NCBI GenBank assembly: GCA_002189035.1
Contig: NEEC01000002.1
Location: forward strand, 3,224,001 to 3,288,000
Source of the DNA: Utricularia gibba
Taxonomy: Eukaryota > Plantae > Magnoliophyta
Direction: 5' to 3'
Length of the DNA stretch: 64,000 bases
Shown here: piece after piece, positions 13,753 through 27,547 of the stretch
Layout of the letters: every line of letters begins with the position of its first letter
How positions within the stretch are numbered: position 1 is the stretch's first letter
Notes under the pieces: model-generated
What the model was told of the DNA's origin: nothing
Databases searched by the model: none
The model's input: the letters and a program-made list of their open reading frames with translations, nothing else
Program-made: the position numbers and the translations under genes

Positions 13753-14499
13753 CGTAGGAGTGAAGAAGAGCAGGCAGCTTCACCGCGGGCGCCAATAAAA
13801 ATTACTGTTGTATGATGATATCACATTGCAGTAGCAGTTGTATCTCGCAAACCGCGCGCACGCGTGATATTGTTCCACCCCCGTTTCTGATCACTGTAAA
13901 TGATGATGAGTGGGTGGGTGTGTGCCTTTTTGTAGAAGAAAACGCAGTGAGTGAATGAGCAACAACAGGGAAGGGGGAGCCGTGATGCGACCTACGCCCG
14001 CCCTTTGTCAGACCCAACACAATGAGGAGAATGTCGACATCGATACATACCCTCGGCTCTTGCCCAAATCTTCCTTTCCTTTCCTTCACCCTGGTGTGCG
14101 AGTACGATAGCGTAGGCCAGCGTAGCCAAGGAGGACATGCCATGTAAACTAACGTGTGTTTCAGTGTTCAAAAGACGTGGTCCGGAGTGGTGAGTGGACA
14201 GCACTGGACTGCACTGCTTCTATCAGAAACCCAGACTCCGAGGCAGTCAAAAAGTATTCACCATGCAAGCAGTCAATTATGATTATGACAAACACTTTAA
14301 CCTTAACCGCTTGTCCTTTTTCTGCACTGTCTGGTTCCCCTTCAACCACTCCACCACCCAGCAGCATCTTCTTCTCAGAACTCCACCCAAAAGCCAAACG
14401 TGGGCTGTCAGAGGAGACCAATGTCTAAAACCAGAAAAACCACGAGCATGTGAAATTTGCAAACAACTTGCAAAAGAGATTATATTAGGAGATAATAAT

Positions 14500-15000
14500 T
14501 TATTATTCGAGTATGATCATGTGGCATATGCTAGATGGATCTCCATACTTCAGAACTGGTACATGCTACCTAGATCATTCATCTGAAACCTCATTTCATA
14601 AACTCCTTGAACTGCTTTATGGCTGCTCTATCACATCCAATGATGAGAACATCATCTATGTAGTTAACAACAACCAAAGCGCTATTGCCATCTTATTTAT
14701 GTAAGTGAGCAGCTTAATTTCTACTCTTCTCAAAGTAGATTCAAGCTTGCAATACTAGGCTCTAAATGCCTACTTCAAATCGTGTAAGGCTTTAGAAAGT
14801 ATCATCATATGTATTTTGTTAACTTTGAAACCATGGGTTGAACATAATGAATTTTTTATTTCAGATCTCCATTTAGAAAGGTTGGTCCATTTGATGAATA
14901 TACCAATTTTCTTGAGATAAGATGGAGAATATGGTATGAATTGTATCAAACCAAGCCAGTGGTGCAAAAGTATCAAAATAGTCCATCCATTCCTCTTTGG
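14500..15000 (-). mobile_element. Degenerate Ty1/Copia reverse transcriptase fragment
   Basis: Minus-strand translation MDYFDTFAPLAWFDTIHTIFSILSQENWYIHQMD, then LSKALHDLK and VVNYIDDVLIIGCD...FQMNDLG (YVDD motif), broken by stops and frameshifts. Confidence 0.8.
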
Positions 15001-15044
15001 AATACCTCTTAGCTATCAATCTTTCATTATACTTAAAAATATTT

Positions 15045-16230
15045 TGTTAAGTGTCATTTTCTCATTATTTCTTATGTTGTTTTTATGTTTAATTGTGATT
15101 AGAAATATCTAATTAGGAGTCTATAATATGATATTTAGGTTTTTATCTAGTTTAGAGTAATTATCCTAAATCTTGTATTTTATCTAATAATTTTGCTAGT
15201 TTTAATTGAGTTTTTCTAGAGGTGCACAAGTGGCAGTAAATGAAAGAAAGAGGGCAGCAGATGGCAACAAAATGGATCTTTCCAAGCTGACACTTCCTTG
15301 ATTTCCGAAGACTACAAACACCTAATCATGAGCCTTGACGTGCGGAACATGGGAGTCTCTGACATGCACATCATTAGCGTACCAGTGTCAGAGCAGAACC
15401 ACGAGAATACGAAATCTCAAACAAAATAGTTCAGCTCAGCTCAATTCAGGGGAGACTAGTTTAGTTTTACTTTCAATTTAATTTAGACTTTTGTTTCTCT
15501 CTCTTAAGGATTTTCCTCTAACTTCTCTTTAAAACCTTGTTTTTGTTTCCTTTAGTTTGTATGGTCGTTCATGGCTAGAAACTTCCGTTTCTGGGTTGGG
15601 ACGCTCCCAGATCTATGTTTCGTTAGCTTATCTTCATCTTTTCTTTGAATCCGAATGGGTTTCTTATGTCTTCACGCGACTATCTTGCAGTCTTTCTGTA
15701 ACAGCCCCCTTATTCAAGATTCATGGTTAACTGATCACTACTCGCGAGTTTTGGAGAGGAGCAAGGTGGAGAGCACTAACTCATGCCCTTTTGGTAGGAG
15801 GAAGACAACGTTTTGTCTATGGCCGTACCTCAAGATCAATGGACAGGTAATGACCTCATATCTGGACTCATTGGGTCATTGGCAACACTTGGGCACATGC
15901 GCCCAATTCGGCCGTGAGGGTACGCTGGCAGGACCTCTTATTCTCACGTTCTTCCAAGGGGGAACAACATCGAGCTATTCCTGTGTCTTCTTGCAAGAGA
16001 GTGTAAGGGAGGGTAGGCAATTCTTTACTCCTATAACTGAGTACTCGAGAAGACCAGAGAAGAGTGAAGACGCAACAGACATAACTTGTATTCGATAACA
16101 TTCACCTTTTTATTTAAGTTGTCTGTTCAAAACCCCTGTTATTCCCTTACTCAAGCTTCATCATTTACGTTTCTCACATCTTTACTTCCAAAACCGTTTA
16201 CAAATCGTGATACTTGTATTCGATGTAACA
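15045..16230. mobile_element. Probable LTR-retrotransposon LTR remnant
   Basis: Begins TGTTAA and ends TAACA at 16100 or 16230. An approximately 30-bp imperfect direct repeat (ACTTGTATTCGAT..AACAT.CACCTTTT) occurs at about 16084 and 16212. No TSD found. Confidence 0.35.
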
Positions 16231-16991
16231 TCACCTTTTATTGAAAAAAAAACTCCCTGCATTCGACACCCATACTATGCTTTTGTATTTTACGAGTTTT
16301 AAAAATATTAAAATTTTTTGTGGAAATGACACGCATAATACTTCTATTTGCATTAGTTCTGATTTCAAAGACCCATGTTAGTCCAACAATGTTATTGTTT
16401 AGAGGGTCTATATAGCTATGGATCAATGAATGAGGTAGGAAGGTCCATGTCAGTAGATAAGCTCCTTTTTTTGCACACCTTGAGTAGATCTGTTGGTCTT
16501 TTAGGTCATAGATTAAGTAGGAATGATTTATAAATATTATTTTGAAATTTTTTTTGCTTAATTAGATAACACTTAGAAAGTTCCTATCAAGTTTATATAC
16601 TCACATAACATCATCTATATGTTGATTGAAAGTGATAATGATTTTTAGTGGAGAGGCACTGATAGAACATTATTCCTTGAACGAATGATAAAAAAAAATG
16701 GGCTGATCTTGGTAGAACAATTTAAAGGAAGAAAAGGCTTTAAAAAAGAAAAAAATTTATTCGCACAAGCAGCTTATTTATACTCTTGTACTAATTAATC
16801 CAACAAAAGATAAAGAGGTTGGTTTACTAGTAATGATCCGTCCAATACTCAACATACTTCAATAATTCTACGAGAATGAAGAAAGATTAGAAGTGGCTAT
16901 CTTATTTGTAGCCGATGTGGTTGACTAGTGTGATAAGAGAAATGCATATGATGTAGCATCAATAGTTTCTAACACCATGAACCATTGATCA

Positions 16992-19924
16992 TATTGGAAA
17001 TTCTTATATGGGAGAAGAGCTAGGGATCCCACATTATTAGTTTAAATCCTCTTCAACTAATATATATAGGATACCAACCCATCATTCTTGATGGACTTGA
17101 GAATGAGCTAGGCCTTGCGTGTGTGCAATGTTCTAATTTATTATATTGGATTGGGTTTTTAAAGGGCCCCGAAACCCAAAAGACTATGCTTGTAGGGGGT
17201 GCAAGCCCATGTTTCGCCTCATTTTTGTATTGAACCTATTAGATTTAGATGTATATATTTGACTGATTTCTCAAACCGACATTGCGTTCTCGATGTGTGA
17301 TGCCCTTAATTAGTATACAATGCTAGAAAGAAAGAATGCATAATTCTTTGAACACATCTTTCTGCTAGCATAAAATCAACTAGATGGTAGTGATGAGACA
17401 CCTATCAATGAAACTGTTCAAACTAGTGAACTCTTGGAGGAATTGACTCTGAGATGAAGCAAAAAAAGATGATAGAGTCGAACTTAGTCAATGGGTTCTA
17501 TGTATATCTTACCAGTAAAGATCCTCTAACTTACCATGATACAATTACTTCCTTAGATGCTTTATTGTGTAATAGACCTACCCCCTAAGGCAAAGCAATT
17601 GAGAGCAAATGAATCTTTAAAAAAAAACTCATTGTAAATGATAAAGTAGAAAAATATAAGGCTTGACTAATAGCAAAATGTTTCACACAGAAATCGAATG
17701 TAACTAATTTGAGACATTTTCCCAAGTGGTTCACTTTTCTACCATACGAGTACTCTTTGTAATGACATATGTGCATAATTGGATAGTTCACCAAATGGAT
17801 GTCAAAATGGCATTCTTGAATGATGAATTGAAGTAAGAAATCTACATGTTTTAACATGAGGATTGTATAAAAGTTGGAGACGAACACAAAGTGTGTCGAC
17901 TGAAGAAGTCATGGTATGGCTTGAAACAAGTACCTAAATAAAGGCATGAAAAATTTGATGAAGTCATAACATCGTCAGGCTTCAAATCAAATCCAGTCGA
18001 AAAATGTGTTTATTCTAAAAATTTTTAAGATCAATGTGTGATCATAACCTTTTTATGTAGATGATATATTGAACTTTGGACCAAACCTAGACACTGTACT
18101 AGAAGCCAATAAATTCTTAACCTCAAAATTTGAGATGAAGGACATGGATGAAGTTAGCTACGTATTGGAAATCAAAATCATGAGAAATGAAAAAGAGTTT
18201 CTCTTAACTCAAAGTCATTATACCGAGAAACTTTCAGAAAAGTTTGATTTTCATGATGTAAAACCAATTAGAACTATGTATGATCTTAGTATTAACTTAA
18301 AGAAAAATAGAGTTGACCTTGCATTTTAGAGTGAATATGCTTAGATAATAGAAAGTGTGATATATCTAATAAATCATACCTGACTAGACATAACGTATGC
18401 CATTAATAGATTGAGTAGATACACACACAATCCAAATGAAAGCCATTGGATACCTGTGAAGTGGTTATTGAGATACCTCAAGGAATTGCTGACTATAACA
18501 TTCAATATCATAGAGAACCTGATGTATTGGAGGGATACAATGATACTAGTTGGGTATCAGAGATATAAGAATTAAAGGCCACAAGTGGAATAACTGTTAC
18601 ATTGAGAAGAGAAGTTGCGTGAAATCCACAAAACAAACTTTGAGAACTAGGTCAACAATGGAAGTAGAGATCATTGCATTAGATCTAGCAAAAATTGAGG
18701 TCAATTACTTGAGAAACTATGTGATGAGAATCTCACTCAAGCAACATGGATCTTTCCCAATGGTGCTGTATTGTAATTATCAAGCAGCAATTGTCACGAT
18801 CAAGAATCAATCGTATAATGGAAGAAATTACACATGCGATTGAGGCATGAAACATTGAAACAGTTGTTAAAAACTGGTGTGGTATTCGTTGAATTTGTGA
18901 GAAGATTTGTGAGCTTTCAAGGGGAATGGAACCACTAAGCAAGCGATAGTAATGGTAACCCAACCTGTGAGAAGAGAAACACTTTGATTAGGTTCATGAG
19001 TAATAACAAGTCATTGTTAGTTCTTAGAACACAACTCTAGGCAAGTGGTTGTTACTATGTAATATGTGTTCTATCTACAAATTGAGAGATGAATATTCGT
19101 TCTTAATGTCTCTATAGTTGATAAAATCAATAACACATATAAATAGAGTGTATTAAGTAGAGACACCTATATATATATGAAGGGTAGCCACTCATATAAA
19201 ATATATGTGATCTATAGAGCACTTATGAATCAACAAAAGCTACATGGGGCTTATGGTTGCACTTGAGCGTTAAAACAATCGACAATTATAAAAGTGGGCT
19301 TGATGTGATTGACTATATATCTGTATCCCAAAATAGTATTTAATTCATAAAAATACAACTTTATCGTCTACTTAGTAATACATGTGTAGTGCAATTAAGA
19401 AATTGGTTCATAATTGAAAGATATTATTTGTTAGATATTAGAATTTGCATGACTTAGTCCTCTTACAATATGTGGGGGATTGTTAGAAATTATCGTATTG
19501 GAGAAGAGGTATGGATCCCATATTGCTAGTTGAAGTCTTCTTCAATTAATTTACATGAGATACCAACTCATTAGTTTTGATAAACTTGAGAATACGTTGA
19601 GCCTTGCGTGCATGTAGGATTCTAACTTATTATATCAGATTGGATTTTCGGAAGGCCTCAAAACCCAAAAGGTTACATGCATACGAGAGGTGCAAAACCA
19701 ATCCCAAAAGTCTTTCGTGTGTGTGCAAGACAAACCCACATTTTGCCTAATTTTCGTCTCAAATCCATTAGAGTTAGATATATATATATATATTCGATTG
19801 ATTTCTAAGATTGAGATTGTATTCTTGAAGAGCTTTTTAAATCTTAAGGGATTGAGAGATCTTTTAGAACATCATATACTTGAGGTTTTGATCATTTTTT
19901 ATTCTTGATGTTAGATTTATAACA
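16992..19924 (+). mobile_element. Internally deleted, decayed Ty1/Copia element
   Basis: Diverged LTR-like direct repeats at about 16992-17290 and 19481-19924 (TGTTA...TAACA). PPT TGTGGGGGAT directly precedes 19481. The interior has an integrase tail (FFEHIF), RT (KYKA.LIAKCFTQ, HQMDVKMAFLN, SKFEMKDMDE) and RNase H (KQT...STMEVEIIAL), all with many stops. Confidence 0.85.
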
Positions 19925-20449
19925 TGTCATAAGGAGTTTGTATTTACACTATGAAAGTTTGCTTTGTTACTCTATTACCTTAAAATGTTGATTGTTTTGA
20001 ATGGATGTTCACATGAATTAGGCCTTGGAATCCTTCAAACGAGCAAGCACACAATGTGTTACACACGTGGCAATGAAATGAAATTGCGTGTAATTTTAAA
20101 TTTCATTTCCATTTTTGTTATTTACTCCAGCGGTCTCCTAAGTTTCCCAAAATAAACGTGTTTTTGGTAAGCGACGATATTTTTTGGTGGCATATCAGAT
20201 CGGAGGAGAGCCATCTCCGTTCTCATCTGGGGTCTGACTTAGGGTTCGGTGGCTGCTTCCCCCCACGGTACACCTCTCTTTTCTTTTCACGAATCCGCTG
20301 GATCCGATCGTCGCGCTTCCCCGCTGTTTATCAATCTCTTCATTTATTCTTTTATCACGTTATTTTTCTTGGTCTTGGCTGCGTGATCTTTGCGTTGATT
20401 TCTGTTAACATTGTGGTTCAATTTCTGATGCTTTCGGTTTGTTCTACAG

Positions 20450-21481
20450 ATGAATCATCACTTTTTTGTATTATTAGTGCTTTTTCTGGGTAGTTTTGGC
20501 GTGTCGTCTGGCATTAGATTCGTGATTGACAGAGAGGAGTGCTTCTCGCATAAGGTAGAGTACGGGAACACGGTGCATCTCTCATTTGTGGTAATTAAGT
20601 CGGAGGGTTCATGGCATTACAGCGAAGAAGGCGTTGACTTGGTGGTAATTATCTGCTCTGTTTTGATTTTGCTGTTATTTTGGATGTTTGAAATCAACTT
20701 CTGTTATGTGTTGGGTTAGCACTGCGATTGTGATGGTGATGGTTTGTTTTTCGTGAGGGACAAAGTATGGGGCATTGAGATGGATTGAGCGCATCTTGTT
20801 CTCTTTTTTTAGAAAGACGCACTTTCCTGTAAAACTACTAGTGCTTACTCTTTTTCAAATGCTTATCACATTGACCACTTGCTGGATGCAACAAACATTA
20901 CAGGTGAAGGGACCAAATAATGAGCATATTCATGATTTTCGTGGGAAGATAAGTGAGAAGCATGAGTTTGTGGCGTATCATGAAGGAGTTTATCGGTTTT
21001 GTTTCACGAACAAATCCCCCTATCATGAAACCGTAGACTTTGATGTGCATGCTGGCCACTTTTTGTACCATGATGAACATGCTAAAGATGGTAATTTCGT
21101 CTCCTCCAGTTGTCATCTTCTTTCTTTCCACCGACTAATTCTGTGTCCGTGCGTCTGCAGAGCATTTCAAGCCCTTATTCGAGGATATTGGTAAACTCGA
21201 GGAAGCTTTATACAATGTTCAGTTTGAACAACACTGGCTAGAGGCCCAAACTGATCGCCAAGCCATAGGTTGGTTGAAGCACCCTTTCTTGTTCGATTTC
21301 ATGCGTTTCTGCTGCTCTGGATGTTGATCCCTGGTCCATTACTGCAGTAAATGAAAGAATGACGCGGCGAGCACTACACAAAGCGCTGTTTGAGTCAGCC
21401 GCGCTTGTTCTGGCCAGCGGGTTGCAAGTCTACATTCTGCGCCGTCTGTTTGAGAAAAAGCTCGGTGGATCCAGAGTCTGA
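20450..21481 (+). CDS. Transmembrane emp24 domain protein p24beta2 (GOLD domain)
   Basis: Exons 20450-20644, 20904-21090, 21161-21268 and 21348-21481: signal peptide, GIRFVIDREECFSH, GVYRFCFTNKSPYHETVDFDV, EEALYNVQFEQHWLEAQTDRQAI, TM segment, LFEKKLGGSRV*. Confidence 0.93.
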
Positions 21482-22739
21482 CTTGCTAACTTGTATCAGA
21501 TTGCTGACTTCCAAACGTTTTAGATTCTGCTCCCAAATTTGCATCTTCTCTGTTGAGCATTTTCTATAAAGTGAATGATGAAGTTTAAACGAAATACCCC
21601 TTTTGTATCAATCAGCCTGTGACAGGAATTGGCAGCAACTGGAGTCTGTAGCCACCACCGGCCAATGACACCATCTTTTTCTGCTGCTGCTTTCTATCAA
21701 GATTAAAGCTTCTTGCTGGGTGCGCAACAAGGCCCACAGAGCTTTTACTGCCAAACTAGCACACACTCATTGTCCGTTACCCAAAATATCATCTAGATGC
21801 GGTCATCTGGATTGCAATCTCTGTTCGGAATGGCCAACTTTGAACTCACATTTCCAGTCCCTTATTTGGTTGTCTTTTACTCAAGCTGTATTGAATTAGA
21901 TCCATAAGTTTATAAACTGCAAGACCTAAAACAGTGATATTTAATGGGATCAGTTGGGTTCAGTTCAGCAATGTTTTCCCAACCTCCGCCTGATTCAAAT
22001 CCTAACCCATTTGCTGCATCGTATAATTTTTTTACGACCAATTTCTGAACAATATTTTCAGCAAAAAAATGAAAAAACTCCATGGGTGTCAATGAATATT
22101 ACAATTTTGGAAGACAAGATGTCAATGAGTACAATTTTCTTTGAAGAATAAAAAATGTTATGTTATTGATGGAACTATAGATCCATTTTTCTTTTGAACT
22201 ATCTTTTGCTACTTATTACGTGTTTCATATTGGATATGATGGAATTTTGAATATATTTTTTTTCTTTTGTAACCTGTGTTGTTAATTTTACATAAATTCT
22301 TTTGAATACGACATTGTATTGAATTGTGTATACTAATTATTTCATTAGTCCAACATGTTAAATATGCTGCTCAAATTGCAATTGTGATTTAAGAATTCAA
22401 GATTTTGGTTTCATTGTTCTTAGGTGTATTTTGAAGAGCAGTCATGATTCTAATTATCATATTTTTAGTCCTTTCATTGAAGAGTTATGCTCTCAAGGTA
22501 ATGTTAATGATAATTTTTGGCTATTCTGTTAAATTTTATACTTGTGATTTTACCGAGTTCTTAGACTTGGTTGATTATGGTTAACGAGTGATGAAGAGGT
22601 GGAAGCTTTGAACTTTCTCTCAATTATGAAACAAGTATAAATAATCTTTTAGATTATGAACTCAAAGATACTACTAATTAGATATAAAAACTCAATGTAG
22701 TTTGCGAGTTGTTCACATTTTGGCTATGGTGAAACTTTC

Positions 22740-24800
22740 ATTCATTTTTCATTTGTGTTGTATCTTTCTCATAGACATTATTGTTGTCAATGCTAAATGG
22801 TGCAGATATTTGAGTTTACTAAGATCTACTGCTGAAATTATTAATGTTTCTTAGATTGTGTAGTTTACTTGTTGATGAATTTGAGCTGAAAAAGAGGCAT
22901 CATATTCCTGTAGAGAAAGAAGCTGTTATATTTTTGAAGATTTTTAGAACTTGAATGAACAATAGAACTTTAGAATATTTTTTTCCAACAAAAAGGGCTA
23001 TTATTAACAATGCACTATATAATGTTATGAGAGCTTGTTGACACATGAAAAAAAAAATGGACTACATCCACGTATGACTATACATAAACATAGTTTTATA
23101 TTAGTGTTGTGGGTAAAATCGATATCCGGTGGGAGGCTGATTTTAGGTAATAGGTGTGATCGGGAATGTCGTGCAAAGTTGTGTTTTTCGCGATAGGTTT
23201 AGGTGAAATGAAAATAGGCGAAGATTTTTTACGTGGAAACCGCCGGAGTACGGGAAAACTACGGAGCTGTCGGAGCTCGCCGGAAAAGATTTCCACTCGA
23301 TGAAGGTGATGAAGAAGAGAATACAAATTGAAGAGTCCTTCTGAGTCCAACCCCCTTTTCGTCATAGTTACTTCTATTTATAGAAGGGTTCAATCTGATC
23401 GAATCTTGACATCTGCAAATGTCAGTTGCTTTCTGCACCTATTATACGATTTCGCTTTTCAGATATTGACCGCCTGTTATGCCGTAATTTGGCCGCTTTT
23501 CAAACTGTGTCATATGGCCATACCTATCAGATTTCTGACAGATATCGATCTGTCAGTTGGCATTATCCCCTCAGAGTCACTTTTTGCAGCTTTTCAGAAG
23601 CCGATTAACATTGGCCGACTTTATCCCCCATCAATTAGAAACAAAACTTAATATTATCCATACTTAAATGGATGCATTGGAGTTATTAATGACATTCACA
23701 TAAAAGCTTATATGCTTGTGAAAGAACGAGTTTGTTATATTAATCAAAAGGATATCCCTATTTAAAACCTTTTAACTCTCTGTGATTACAAAATATACTA
23801 CACTTTCATGAGTATAAATTATGAAGTTATTACACATGATAATAGAATATTGAAGTCAATTTTCCGAAACAATCTTAGTGTATATGTCTAATTTTTTTAT
23901 TAATAAAATGTTATTAAAGAGGTTTCACTAATTTTATACATAATAAATATAAAGGTTTCATCAAATTTGTTTCTACTTTTTTTTTTATCACCATGCCTTC
24001 TATTATGAGCAATAAATCGATACAGAGGTTCTCATAAATTGGCTACACATCATGAAGGGAAGAAAAAAAATAGATAATGTCAATCCGTAGCTGCTAGAAA
24101 ATAGTCTTAAGTCTGTCTACCTACAAAAATTCAGAATAAAAGTCGATTATGTGTCAACAAGACTACAAGTAAGATCAATCAAATTCTATTAGACATAGAA
24201 AATACTTGACCCCCACAGAATTAGTGGCCAAGACTCCTCTATAAATAGAAAAGTGATTCAGCATTCATTACTTCTCTTGTAATGTCACCTCTCCCCTCTA
24301 TTCTTAGTGGAATCCTTTTCTTCATTGAGTTCTCACAACTAAGTGATTTTTCATCATTACGGTTTTTACGTAAAAATCTTCATATCATTTTCTCATTTTT
24401 CAAATAACCAAAATCAAAATCTAATCTAAGTAATCATAAATCAACACATTACCTCCTATCTGATTTCTAACCACAATAATAAGGTGTGACTGTAATCATC
24501 CTAAAGAATTATTCAATCATAGATATTTATAATCATTCCGTTATTGAAAGATTATTTGATGTTTTGAAAAAAAATCCTTTTATATTGTCAATGACATGCC
24601 TTAGAACATGAAGTTATATCATCAAGGTTGATTGCAACATTAACGACAATTCACAATTTTCTTCATCAAGTTAGTATAGTTGATAATGGATTTGATTTGA
24701 CTGAATACACTCACCCTAATCCATCATGGAACACAAATAATATTCAAAAATATCACAATAAATAACATGAGAGAGATTGTCTGTCATCAAATATTGCATG
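22740..24800 (+). mobile_element. Old PIF/Harbinger transposase pseudogene, interrupted by a solo LTR
   Basis: Broken translation: MLNG...FLRLCSLLVDEFELKKR, VEKEAVIFLKIF, IRNKT*YYPYLNGCIGVINDIHIK, HDNRILKS, PKELFNHR...IERLFDVLKK, IATLTTIHNFL. Collinear with the 43.5-44.6 kb transposase. Confidence 0.75.
23105..23633 (-). mobile_element. Solo LTR (529 bp, probably Gypsy Tat-like)
   Basis: Termini TGTTG...CATCA, perfect 5-bp TSD ATTAG (23100-23104 and 23634-23638), and a CTATAAATAG promoter motif on the minus strand at about 23353-23362. Confidence 0.85.
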
Positions 24801-25404
24801 CTTCTCATAGTAGAAATTAATATAATGATGTATGACTATTACGTATTATGATTATTATTATTATTACATATTATTTAAATTAATTCTATTTTCATATAGA
24901 AACTAAAGATATTTTTTTCTCAAAACATCATATTACTTACAAATTATTTATATACTTTGATTAACTATTCTAGAATACCTTCAATTTTTAATCTTAACTT
25001 TTTCATTTTATAAAATATTCATTCTCTTATTTTTTACTCTTTGAAGAATAAAAACAATTTCAAAAAATAATTCAGAACAATGCTTACAATGACAGAGAGG
25101 AGTATTGGGAATACAGTGTTTTTACTATTCGCAGGAGTCGTTGTTTGAGCTCATCCTTTGCCTCCAGTTTCTGTGGTTCTGTTTGTCTCTGACTCAAGCA
25201 TGGATTCGTGAATAAGCCAAGGGATTAGCATCACAACTCAATGCAGAAGTTCAATCCTCACAAAATTGGTATTAAAACAAGCCTATGCACTCATTCATCC
25301 TTCCAGTTCTTCTATTTCAACATACTTGTACTATTTCAGTTTGCCTCTAGTTTTCTGCATCCTTGATATTTTACAACAAGGACATCTGGTTGCAGGACAC
25401 TACC

Positions 25405-26486
25405 TCAAGCTTCAACTGTGTTAGAAACCAATAGCTCATCAACTAGTCGATTGATGGTGTTCCCATTTGCCTGTAAATTGGAATCATAATAACCAAATTG
25501 GGTTTTTTTTTTCCAGAACCAACATGTGGTGGGTGCAATAGAGATAAATACCAACCTTTATTCCAATGGCAATTGCGGTTTTAAGCTTTATAAGCTCTCC
25601 TAACCTCAAAGAACCTTCCTGTCTATCTTTTATGAGGATAACAGCCACGCCTCTTGATGAAGCCAGAGCTGGGAGATGCTTCCCAAGCAACCGAGGATTG
25701 CAGTCTGAGGCTAACACAATTGCCTACATATACCAGAAAGGGTGTGATAGAGCTAAGGCAGTTTTAAAGATGCTCAACTTCAATGGTGGAGTCATCAACA
25801 AGAACAACAAGCATGAAAGGAGACTCATGTTTTGTTCTTAAAACAATCTCAACCACCAAATTAGACTGTGATTATCTCTAACCCCACAACGGGAAGAGGA
25901 ATGAAACATTAGACGGCAGCACATGCAAGTAAAAGAACCTGAAGACTGCTGCCGGATTGTTTCTCAGAACTGTGTTTAATGTCTCCATGGGGAGGCATCC
26001 GCTCAAGAATACGGGTCACTTCATTCACTCCAACAGCGAATTGTTGCTGATAAATTTCAATCATAGTTTGAATCCCATGCTTCGATTGTAAATCATATAA
26101 TGATAGACAGAGGAGGGGAACCTTGATCCAGAATTTATAAGGCAAACTCGAGTCCGAATCTCTTGCCGATTCAATCACCCTGATCACATAAGCATCAATC
26201 AAGTTTGCCCACGACGGGAAACTCAAAAACTAACGCGTAGAAACTTTCGGTGCTCATACCCTTTAAATACGGTAAGCAAACGGGTGAGGCTTTCTCCTTC
26301 GTAGCAACTTCGCAAGAAACCAGGTTAGAAAGTAATGAAAGGACGCAGAGATGAAGGCAAATTTTTAAAGGAAACAGAATGTTACTAGGGTTGTGGTTCA
26401 CCGGCAGTAGGTAGAGCACTCGAAACAAACCCGGTGGAGGAAGCTCCGGCGGCGGAGGATGCCTTTCTTCTCTTGTTTTTCCTCAT
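25405..26486 (-). CDS. L7Ae/L30e/S12e/Gadd45 family protein, RPP38/POP3-like (At4g01790-like)
   Basis: Six in-phase exons: 26386-26486, 26260-26307, 26122-26179, 25939-26046, 25556-25723, 25405-25470. Motifs QQFAVGVNEVTRILE, IVLASDCNPRLLGKHLPALASSRGV and SLRLGELIKLKTAIAIGIK (L7Ae fold). Confidence 0.8.
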
Positions 26487-27547
26487 GGCGCCTCCAATTT
26501 GATTGCACAAAGCGCGGGCCGGAGGCTTTTAAGGCCATGGGGAGCAACCAAGAGATGTGAAAAGCCCATAAACTAGCTTTCTTATGTAGCTACATTTCCA
26601 AATTCCAACCCATCACCCAATCAGGTTTCCAAAATTTCAATATTTTTTAATTATTTTATAACTCAATTTAATACATGGTTAAATATAGTTATACACACCT
26701 TTTAAGAATATCCAAAAATAAAAATGATATAAACATATTATCATAAAATATAATTATAAAAACATATTTAAAATTTCAATACCTTTCTTATGATATGTCT
26801 TGAATATTCAATTGGGATTCTTTTCCATAAAAAACCTCTAACTGACGAATCTATCATGACTTGATCAGTACACAATAATCCATCATAAAAATATATTATA
26901 ATGAACAAGTCTACTGTTCAATATTTTGTAATGGAAAAATGTGAATTGTGTTTTTAAATGATTGACTTTATATTTATTTAGAAGTGAATCAAAGATAAAT
27001 TAAATTAGAAATAAATATACAGTTTTTCAATCATGTGATTTAATTTATCTTAACAAATTTTAAATTAAACTATTGATTTAATTTAAAAAAATTTAGCAAA
27101 CATAAATGTGGAATAAAATATACTTTAAAACTACTATTAAACCTACCAAACAGTGACTATGATTATTTTATATTTCAAAATGTTTTTACCTTTTATACAA
27201 ATTTATTGACACATAAATTTTATTTATATTTTTCAATTATGCCATGCAAAACTATTAAGTTTTAGAATAAGAAATATAAGTGGCATGTTATTGTATTTTT
27301 CAAAACGTGACAGGTTAGATGTGCATGAAAGCATAATTTAACGTAAAGGGTAAAATTAATATTGTATATCTCAAAATTAGAAATTATTTTAAAAAATAAT
27401 AGATGAAAATAAATTTTATTTATGTTGTGCAAAACTGTTAATTTCTAAAATAAGAAATAGAAGTAGCTCGTTAAATGAACATAAAAGAAAGCAAAAGCAA
27501 AAGCAAAAAATCAAATAATAACGGAGCAGTTGAAATAACGTGACATG

